A DNA stretch of 61,121 nt, the filler included, from Rhabdomonas costata (taxonomy: Eukaryota), in the NCBI GenBank assembly GCA_019059605.1. It is 20 parts of 20 records of this genome, joined end to end, with 100 filler letters (N's around TTAATTAATTAA, not from the genome) between each part and the next. Parts side by side here need not be neighbours in the genome. Positions count along the whole stretch, not along the records: positions 1 to 2,964 come from JAHMHO010001637.1; positions 3,065 to 6,028 come from JAHMHO010001638.1; positions 6,129 to 9,093 come from JAHMHO010001639.1; 17 more parts are not named here. One strand, written 5' to 3'. The notes under the pieces were generated by a model that saw nothing but the letters and a program-made list of their open reading frames with translations, did no database searches and was not told the DNA's origin. The position numbers and the translations under genes are program-made. Shown in pieces: positions 1-9,193 of this stretch; within the stretch, counting starts at the first letter, position 1; the number at the start of each line of letters is the position of its first letter.

Positions 1-490
1 TGTGGTGGGTGTGGTTGGTTGTTTTGGTATATTTCTTTCTGAGCAATGTCATTGCGCTTGGACAATTGTCCGCGTCTTCTCTTCTCTTTTTTTTTTTTTT
101 TGTATTGCTATATTTGACAAACCTAAAATGAAAAGGATTCTGAGGCAAGTGATTCTGCACTTTTGTCCTCTGTTCCCCTCTGGTATCAGTGTTGGGACAA
201 AATTTGTGCGCATACCGTAAACCTATCTCAATATTGACTTTTCGGGGGATAGGGGGACGAAATTGACGAGACAGACGCTTTTTATGAGCAAAGTTTTTTT
301 TGTCTATTTTTGGCTATTTACCTGGCTTTGGCTAATTTCGAGCATTTTTATGGTTGTTTTAGTTCAAATTTGACTCTGGGGCCTCCTCAGACTTCACAAG
401 AAGCGAGCAAGGGAATTTAGATTGAGTTTTGTCATTTCATCGTCGTTTTTCCTGATTTCTTCTGTTTTTGCGGCTTTTCTACCCCCCAGG

Positions 491-2251
491 ATGCCCAAGT
501 GCCCGTGGTGCAGGGTGCAAGTCCACAGCATTGTCGAGAACCGGGGGCTGATACTAGTGCCGCAGGAGAATTCCCCCCGGGATCAGATCGCCCCGCCTCC
601 GCGGCTTCCCCTCACCGAGGAGCGCGCCCGGCGGCAGGTGGAGATGTTCCTGGAGAACCACTGCTCGCGCTTTGCCGAGGGCACTGGGGCGAGCGGCACG
701 GACTTTCCCGTTTTCGCCACGGAGATCCAGAAGGAGTTTGCGGATCTGGTGGACCAGCTGTGGACGGAGCACTGCTGCTTCGACATCCCCGTTCTGGGGC
801 GGGACCCCCAGGACCCCGACAAGCCCCACCCCGGGGAGGTCGCGTTGCTGGCTGTAGAGGCGAACCAGGGCACCCCAGAGGTCCTGGCGGCCGTTCAAGC
901 GGACCCTACTCTGAATTACCTGCGGACGTTGTTTGGGTTGATCGACTACCAGAAGAGGGAGGAAATTGTAGCGTTTGTTCGGCTGATGCGGAGCACCCAT
1001 GCCAGCCTGGCGTTCCAGGAGTTCCGAGTGCACGTGTTGTGGGACACGGAGAATATCCGGCTGGCCGACACGGGGGAGTTTCTGACCGCGCTGGAGCAGC
1101 TGTTTACCTTTCTAGAGAAACAGGGTATCGGCAGCCGGTACCGGTTTCGGCTGTGTGCGTTTTTCACCGGGGGGAAGCCCCAGGCCCCGAGCAAAAGGAT
1201 GCTGAAGTCGCTGCGCGACCTGGGTTTTGAGCTCCAGGAGTGTCCCGCGGCGAAGAAGGAGGAGGTGGACCGCCAGATCGAGCGTCGAATGAACATCATC
1301 GCGGATGACTGCGATCCCCGGAAGACGCGCGTGGTGGTGCTGTCCTCGGATAAGGACTTCATTGCGCCGATGCAGATGCTTCGGGGCCGGGGCTTCCTGA
1401 CTTACTTCATCCACGACGCCAAGCCCGGTTCCGTGCACACGAAGGCCCTGGCTGTTCACGCTGCGGGGACGTTTTCGATCCGGGAGGTTCTGGATCGCCG
1501 GCTGCTCCCTCAGCTGTGCGTGTGCCCGCGGTGCCCGGGGCAGAAGCTCACCCCAGGCGCCCGGTGCACGTTGTGCGTGCCGTGTCGGCAGTGCAAGAAT
1601 TTCGTCCCCCCCACCGCAATTGTGGGGATGTCGCAGACCTGCGAGACCTGCTGCAGCTCCTTGGGGGAGTGCCAAAAGTGCAGAAACCGGTTCTTCCCCT
1701 CCCTTCTGGTGAGAACTGCGGGCGCCCCGGGGGTGGCGGGGGGCTTTCTTTGTCGGAGCTGCAAATGCCTCACCGGCGGCTGCGACCGCCCTGCCGTTGC
1801 CAACGGCCACTGTGTAGCCCACCAGTCTACCGCACCCACCGGTGCAGCTCAACAGCCCCTGACCCTGACCCGGTCACTGACGCCGCCGGTTCCGCTTCAA
1901 CCCGTCCTTGTCTCCGAAAGCCCCCAAAGGCCCTCGCCTAGCGCCCTCCGTCGGCTGTCGGGCACTCCCCCGCCACAACGGGAAGTCTGCCGAGGACGCA
2001 TCCACCGGTGGGTGGCCGGGAAGGGGTTCGGCTTCGCACAGTTTGTTGGGGTCCCTGGTATGGTCTTCGTGCACATCCAGAACTTCGTGCTGCCTGCTCC
2101 CGGCGATGACACCCTGCTGCGCCAGCCCGGGATCCTGGCCGTTGCCCCGCAGCTGGTGAAGTCTGAGAAGGGGATCCGGATCGCCCCGAATGACCGCTGC
2201 CTCTCCATCACTGAGACGATGCGCACTCTCACGGGAGGCCGGTTAAGCTGA
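491..2251 (+). CDS. NYN (PIN-like, MARF1/LabA type) ribonuclease + Cys-rich zinc fingers + C-terminal cold-shock domain; single long exon
   Basis: NYN acidic motifs VLWDTENI, KEEVDRQI, VLSSDKDF..MQMLRGRGF; multiple CxxC pairs and CxxxxCx9CxxH; cold-shock motifs GKGFGFA and VFVHIQNF. ATG at 491 follows a pyrimidine tract and CAG, so an upstream exon or trans-splice is possible. Confidence 0.8.
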   Translation: MPKCPWCRVQVHSIVENRGLILVPQENSPRDQIAPPPRLPLTEERARRQVEMFLENHCSRFAEGTGASGTDFPVFATEIQKEFADLVDQLWTEHCCFDIPVLGRDPQDPDKPHPGEVALLAVEANQGTPEVLAAVQADPTLNYLRTLFGLIDYQKREEIVAFVRLMRSTHASLAFQEFRVHVLWDTENIRLADTGEFLTALEQLFTFLEKQGIGSRYRFRLCAFFTGGKPQAPSKRMLKSLRDLGFELQECPAAKKEEVDRQIERRMNIIADDCDPRKTRVVVLSSDKDFIAPMQMLRGRGFLTYFIHDAKPGSVHTKALAVHAAGTFSIREVLDRRLLPQLCVCPRCPGQKLTPGARCTLCVPCRQCKNFVPPTAIVGMSQTCETCCSSLGECQKCRNRFFPSLLVRTAGAPGVAGGFLCRSCKCLTGGCDRPAVANGHCVAHQSTAPTGAAQQPLTLTRSLTPPVPLQPVLVSESPQRPSPSALRRLSGTPPPQREVCRGRIHRWVAGKGFGFAQFVGVPGMVFVHIQNFVLPAPGDDTLLRQPGILAVAPQLVKSEKGIRIAPNDRCLSITETMRTLTGGRLS

Positions 2252-3463
2252 AGTTGTTCTTCTTTTTCAATTGCTGCTGCTGGTTTTGCCGCCCTTTCGT
2301 TCGTTTCCGCGGTTCTTGAGCGTTTTCACAGAAACACATCCGCGTACCCCTGTGTGCCTTGATTGATTGCTTGCTTGCTCGCTCGCCCTTTGCCTATTTT
2401 GGTGAGTACCACCTTTGGCCCCTCACCACCCCTCTCTCACTCTTTCCCTCTATCTGTGTGTTGCTTTCTCTTGCTTTCCTCGCAATTGGGATATGAATAC
2501 ATGCAATGGTGAAGGGTCACGACTCGGCACTTTGGCAGGATCACATGCTTCTGTATCGAGAAGATTTTCCTCGGGTTTTTTGACCGCCTCGTGCCCGTTC
2601 GGTCGGAACGGAGGCAGTAAACTTGCTCGTTTCGGACAGTTGGTGTCCTGCCACAATGGATGTTGGAGGAAGTGCTTGAAGTTTCCATGAAGGCTAGGAA
2701 AGACTTTTAAGACTTTTACTGGCTTTCTTCTCGGACTATAATAATGGCGAAATGCAAGATTAATTCCAAGAGAAAGGTGTTGCCCGCTCCGGAAAATGGG
2801 ATGTGCGGACTATCTAGGGACGTGGGAAGTCGCGAGTAGCGAGAAAAACAGTTTCGCTAATTTCCCCGAAGCAGAAGTTGAAAGACAACATTTTGCCTAG
2901 CGCGTTTTTGTTTGAACAGCGATAACTCCTGAAATTGCGTTCCGAAACGTTTTCCAACCAACAANNNNNNNNNNNNNNNNNNNNNNNNNNNNNNNNNNNN
3001 NNNNNNNNTTAATTAATTAANNNNNNNNNNNNNNNNNNNNNNNNNNNNNNNNNNNNNNNNNNNNGTGTTGGTGGTTTGGGTGGTGGGGTGGGGGATCCGG
3101 TAGTGCGCTGTGCTGTTGCGCTGCACCTGACCTGGCCGAACCTTCAAACTATAAAAACTATGAGAAGGTAGGATTTAATATTTGGATGTTTTATGGAGGT
3201 GCTGACATTTATGATGCCATTGAAGTGTGCATTGGCTAACAAATCAGAGTTTGTGCTAATTACTTTTTATTACTTTTTAATTGCAGGGGAGCGGTGTTCT
3301 TCTCCCCAATACAAGGAAGCACACCCAGAAGGAAACCCCTTCCCACCGGCACAGCACTCAACTCCACCTTCACAAGTCGTGATAATCACACAAGAGGGAT
3401 GCACGTCTTCACTGTACCGCGGGGTCATGCCCATATGTCGTTCTCCTTATACGCCTGTGGCAG

Positions 3464-5567
3464 GAAGCAAGGGGATTGCCGGGATTGGCTGTCACATCCT
3501 CACCCTTTGGATGCCTGACGCGGCGCAGCGCACCAGCCTGAAGATGACCCAGATGGGCGGCGAGGGGGCATCATGGGTCGGCGAGGCTCCCTTTAGCACC
3601 CGCCCCCACGTGTTCCAGGTTCACCCTCCACCTCCGCTCTCATTTCCTTGAAAACCAAAAAGGTATGTAGCCCAGGTTTTTCTTCCCTTTCTGCCCTTCG
3701 TTTTTCAGAATATGGGGGACGGCACATACTACCACTCCGGGCTGTTATCGATTCGTCACGCCATTGCTACGAACACTACCATGACCTTCAAGCTGCTGTA
3801 CAACCAACCCGTGGCTCTAACCGGTGAGCGCTGAGTTTATGTGTTGGGTGTTGAGAAATGTCAGTTGTTTGGTTGGACAGAAAGTTCAGATCCAAATCTA
3901 TGACATTTAATACACACACATAGTGCAAGCTCTCTCGACGACTGATTTGGTTTTTGGGAACAATGGACACTGGACATTCCTGTTGTGGTCGCGGTTTGCG
4001 AGCATTTTGATCCCAAATCTTGCGCCAAAAGCAGGTGCCTCCCCGATTTTCCAGAGCATGTCCCGGCACTAAAGGTTCTGGACTATTCCGCCCCGACGAA
4101 TCACGGTATTCTGGGCGGCCTGGCTGGTGATCAATCCCCCGAGCCTGCAGTGGCGTAAACACTTGTCCGCCAAACGACTCTGTTTCCCTTTTCTTCTGAC
4201 ATTTTCTTCCAACACACCTTCGCTTCACAGGGGGGCAGCCCGTGGATGGCCCGCTGAGCCTGTCGCAGCTGGCCCACCAAATTCACTCTGAGGGGGTGGC
4301 CAAGCTGGTTGTAGTCTCTGTGGACCCCAAGGCGCACAAGCACACGGCCTGGCCCCCCGGCACTGAGGTGCACGCATACCATGTTGCTCCTTCACGCTCG
4401 TGTTTCTGCTTCGCCCCGAGGCCAGTTCTGCTTTGAGATCTTGATGCCTTTCTCTTCGCACGTACATAACCCATCTCTGAAAATTCCTTATGGAGGGGAT
4501 AAACCCAAAGGGTGGGAGAGCGCAGTGGAAGACTTGAAGCGGGGTGCACGACAGGTTCCCTGGATGGAGGGATGGAGGACTGTCTAACCGGTTTCAGCGC
4601 TACATAAACATCCCAACAAAACGGGAAGTATAAATGCGGTCGTTGTGCTTTTGTTATTCGTTGCCATGGCTTTGTACGTGCTGCTTCGTCGAATTAGCGT
4701 ATGACATGTGTCCTCCGAGTCTCTCGAATCATAAAATGCATAGGTTTACGTTTTGTGGATGACTTACCAACCAGCTTGCGTTAAGGATCCGCGCAAACAT
4801 TGACCGAATATGTATACATGTATTTCTATTGCGGCCTCGATGGTTTGTGCCACTCGTCGTTCGCAGTTGTACCCCAGGGAGGACTTGGACTATGTGCAGA
4901 AGCAGCTGCGCGAGGTTCCTGGGGTGAGTGTGCTGATCTACGATCAGGCCTGCGCCACGGAGACCCGCCGCAAGCGCGTGCGGGGCTCCCTGCCCCCTGC
5001 CCCGGCGCGGGTGTTCATCAACCCTGCCGTGTGCGAGGGCTGCGGGGACTGCGGTAAGAAGTCGCTGTGCGCCGCGGTGGCCCCTGTGGAGACTGAGCTG
5101 GGGCGCAAGCGCCAGGTCAACCAGTCCATGTGCAATACCGACCTGTCCTGCGTCACAGGTGTGTTTGACCCTTCCCAGTAGCCATCCAAAGTTTCGGAAC
5201 AAGACTCCGGCTATTAAAGCGCGCCGAGGCAATGATGTCGTATGTAGCACATGGTGGACCCCACACAGGGGAAGACCTGGTTGGGTTGGGACCAGAGTCG
5301 CCTTCTTTGTTCATTGTGTAGCGCCGTTCACTCCATTCTCCCCCGGTTGTTGCAGGGTTCTGCCCCAGCTTTGTGACGATCCCCAATCTCCCGCTGCGTC
5401 GGGTCACCTGCGAGGGCCTAGAGGATGTTCTGGGGGACGGAGCTGAGTCACTTCCCGCCCCTCCTGCGCCTAGTCTTACCCGTCCCTTCGGCTTGGCTCT
5501 GGCTGGGGTGGGAGGCACTGGTGTCTTGACCGCTGCCGGGATCATCTGCATGGCAGCCCACCTGGAG
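3464..5567 (+). CDS. Indolepyruvate:ferredoxin oxidoreductase family, fused alpha-beta type, partial; exons 3464-3618, 3709-3823, 4231-4367, 4867-5158, 5356-5567
   Basis: Manual GT-AG splicing gives one continuous frame: GIGCH, QMGGEGASWVG, TPP-binding NMGDGTYYHSG..LYN, TGGQPVDG, ferredoxin CEGCGDC...CNTDLSCVTGFCPSF, then the beta-domain start GVGGTGV. Confidence 0.93.
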
Positions 5568-6128
5568 GTACGCTCACCTGTGAATTCCGGCTCACGCCAC
5601 ACGTGTCGCTTGCTGCCGTTCGGTATTGGCTTCAGACCTTTTTTCTTTTGACAGAATGCATCACAAATTCATTTTAATTGGAAGTGACTTTGTTTCATTC
5701 TGCTCCTCTTTTGCGTTAAGCAGCCTCGTTTGACACATAGGGCTATTGTGTCCTGAACCACGTGTTAATTTGCATAACCAGACACACACAACCATCCACC
5801 AATAACAAAGCACGTTCCCCAGATAAGCATTTGGGTCATATGCCGTGCAAGGCCATATTCCTTGACCCAGCTGTCAAGCTGTCGATGACAACAACAACAT
5901 CATGTCATCATGATGTGTGGATAAACAATCAGCAAGAATGATTTGGATCTGGTAACCACTTTCTTCAGTTTTCTAAGAACCAAGTCCCAACTGAGTTTTG
6001 CCTTCCTTGTGGTGGCTAACACACCCCCNNNNNNNNNNNNNNNNNNNNNNNNNNNNNNNNNNNNNNNNNNNNTTAATTAATTAANNNNNNNNNNNNNNNN
6101 NNNNNNNNNNNNNNNNNNNNNNNNNNNN

Positions 6129-9093
6129 AAGCGGCACTGTGTCACCTAGCCGCAGCACCACATCCACGCCAAGTAACTCCTGGACATCCTCTGCAAGCCT
6201 CAGCCCCACGCCGAGCACGTCCATATCTTGCAGCCCAACTACAACACCCTCTGCAAGCTTGAGTTCAACGGGCACGGATTCAGTAAGCAAGAGTTGGTCG
6301 CCGAGCCCCACTCCAAGTGCATCGATTAGCGTGTCTGCGAGCGGGAGCCCCTCGTGCAGCATCACCGTGTCATCCACATTCTCGTCCTCTTCCACGAGCT
6401 CGAGAAGCTCGAGCCTGTCCCTCTCGCCCAGTACGACCTTCACACCAAGTGCTACCGGGAGCCTTTCGCAGAGCCTGTCGAAGACATACAGCCAGTCAGG
6501 GAGCTTTAGCGGAAGCGTTTCTGTGACCCTTAGCCCATCCGGATCCCGATCCAGGTCCTTCACCAGGAGTGCCTCAGTTTCCCTGACTGCGTCCAGGTCG
6601 ATGTCGACCAGCTTTTCGCGGAGTGCTTCAGCTTCAGCAAGTGCCACGGGTTCCCATCCCTTGTCTGCGTCGCAGACCGAAACCTGCTCATCAAGCCTCT
6701 CCGCCACTTCCACCTTGAGTCCATCGGCATCGCAAACTCCGTCTTTGAGCGCCACGAGCACCAACTCCCCGACCTGCTCTTCCCGTTCCGTTTCACTAAC
6801 CCCATCGATCTCCTTTTCACCTTCTGAAAGTTCAAGTTCGAGCTTGTCTTGCTCGGCGAGTTTTTCTCGAAGCCTGACATGCTCGGTGACTGAAAGTTCT
6901 ACAGCTAGTTCTTCATGTAGCAGTAGTGTGACGCCTTCTGTTTCGAGCAGCTTGTCTCCGACCATTACGTTGTCTTTGTCCACTTCTGGGTCTGTGTCAT
7001 TATCACATTCTCCGTCTTCCACCCCAACGGAGAGTTCAGCCACGGTTTCTCCAAGCTTCTCCTTCTCGAACTCCCAAACCCCTTCGCTAACTCCCTCTGT
7101 CAGCACGAGTTTGACTTCCAGCTCGACCACCACGACCTCCCTTAGCGCTTCGGTCAGCTGCACAAGGACAGCTTCATTAACGTTGTCCATTCACAAAACT
7201 ATTACTGTCACTCGGACACCCACTGCCATAAAAACTCGCACCCTCTCGCCTTCTCTTTCCCTAACCGGAAGCGTCAGTTCGTCTCCATCTCCTACATTGA
7301 CGTCAAGCTCGTCTCAGACAAACTCTCCCACCACAACCGCTTCTGAAAGTGGGTCATTGACTTGCAGCTCCTCACCCTCAGCGTCACCAAGCTCAAGTCT
7401 CAGCTCATCCATCACTGGAAGTCCCTCAATGTCCCAATCCCGCTCTCCGTCGTTGACTTCCTCGGGAACACTGTCGGGTTCAGGCTCTCTCACGGCTTCT
7501 TCTCGTTCTCTCAGCTCTTCCGTATCATTTTCAAGGTCCTCCAGTAACACCCCATCCCTGACGTCCTCAGCGACAGGTTCTGGAACACCGTCAATGAGTA
7601 CTCGCACTGTATCATTGACAAAGTCATGTTCCAAGACGTTCTCTGCGACATCATCCTTCAGCACGACACCATCTGTATCCCGATCGGGATCCCCAAGCAC
7701 CTCCCTCTCTTTGTCGTCCACACTCTCACCTTCACCTTCCGCGAGCCTTTCCCCCACTCCTACAGCCACAGTGTCGTTCACAATGAGCTTCTCTGGCTCA
7801 CCGTCGTCAACCCTCTCTCCATCCCTTTCTGGATCCCTATCAGGTTCACCAAGCAGCTCTGCATCGGCCACCCTATCTTCATCGTTCTCAGGAAGCGGCA
7901 CGCCTTCATCCTCCCGGACTCCTTCCCGGTCACCATCCATGTCTCCTTCTGGCTCTTTTTCCTCCTTCACTGCTTCTCGCAGCGTTTCCTGCAGTGGTTC
8001 TATTACTCCCAGCCAGTCCGGTTCCCTCTCCCCTTCGATTTCTTCAACACAGACGTGCACAGCGACCATCACAAAGTCACTCACTCCTTCAATCACCCTT
8101 AGCGGCAGTTTATCTCCGTCATACTCCAAATCGCCAAGCCCTTCATTAACCCCTTCATCAAGTCAAACACTCACATCAACAGGCAGTCATTCGTTATCGT
8201 CAAGTACCACTCCTAGTTTTTCCTTGACCTCTTCCGTGTCACAGACAAGCTCATCCTCTTGGTCCGTGTCACGGTCTTTGAGTATCAGCTCATCTGTTTC
8301 CACCACGATGAGCGCAACCAACGCCCTCTCCCGCAGTTTTTCTCCGACTGGTACCACATCTTGTACATCGACACCTTCCCTCACCACAACCGGATCGGCA
8401 TCAATTTCTACAACGCAAAGCAATACGCTCTCCCCCACTATCAGCACTTCGCCAACACCCACGCCGACTATTAGCGCCAGTGTTTCTCCAACGCCAACAC
8501 TCACTCTTACAGCTACGCTCACGTTCTCGAAAAGCTCCTCTTTTCTTCCGACGCAAACACGATCTTCTTCGCGCTCACCTACGCAATCTCACTCCTCACT
8601 TTCGTTGACACCCTCCTCCTCTGGCTCGGCCACCGACAGTTTTTCATCTTTCTCACGATCGTTCAGCTTTAGTATATCTGTCTCTAATTCACCATCCGCC
8701 ACGGAGTCTGTGAGTCTCTCTCCTACTTTGCGGAAGTCGCATACATTCACGGTCACTTGGACTCCCCTCTCGACACCTTCGCTCTCCGCCACAGGTTCTT
8801 TAAGTGCATCGGCGACAGCGTCTTCATCACATACATGCAGCAGTTCTTGCACAGCTAGTTGCAGTTCTTCAAACTCACTCTCTGGAAGTTTTTCGTCGCC
8901 AACCTCTTCCCACAGTCTTTCTCATTCAAGAAGTGCCACGTTATCCTTCTCGGCCTCGTTATCACCCTCGTTATCAACCAGCAGAACCGCATCGTTCTCA
9001 TTATCCAGCCTGCGAACTCCCTCCGCCACTCCATCTCCCTCATCCTCCAGTTCGCGAAGCGATTCAGTCACCCCAACCCGAACGAATTCCCTT
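6129..9093 (+). CDS. Ser/Thr/Pro-rich mucin-like stalk of a large surface protein (internal fragment)
   Basis: Stop-free frame spans the whole contig (about 990 codons) with alternating S-x/T-x low-complexity sequence. Confidence 0.75.
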
Positions 9094-9193
9094 NNNNNNN
9101 NNNNNNNNNNNNNNNNNNNNNNNNNNNNNNNNNNNNNTTAATTAATTAANNNNNNNNNNNNNNNNNNNNNNNNNNNNNNNNNNNNNNNNNNNN

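Noticed and set aside
1-27. G/T-only contig starts and C/A-only contig ends, suggesting telomeres or gene-sized chromosomes
   Set aside because: Orientation is opposite to telomeres, there is no fixed repeat unit, and ends cut through exons (e.g. NUBP2 reads LDYHH at the break). Best explained by G/T-degenerate amplification primers or assembly breaks.
499-2232. Multiple overlapping ORFs in other frames of the NYN gene
   Set aside because: Expected by-product of high GC coding sequence; no recognisable motifs.
2965-3063. Regularly spaced N-TTAATTAATTAA-N motif (19 copies, about every 3.06 kb)
   Set aside because: Artificial six-frame-stop linker joining length-sorted contigs; not a biological repeat or array.
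422-5651. NYN nuclease next to IOR as an operon or defence island
   Set aside because: The genes lie on different contigs; adjacency across linkers is meaningless.
3193-5651. Fragmented ORFs suggesting a pseudogene or alternative genetic code
   Set aside because: Standard-code GT-AG splicing restores a continuous conserved protein with no in-frame stops.
6081-8852. Long E/V/L/D-rich minus-strand ORFs
   Set aside because: Antisense shadows of the Ser/Thr-rich plus-strand frame, which alone is open throughout.
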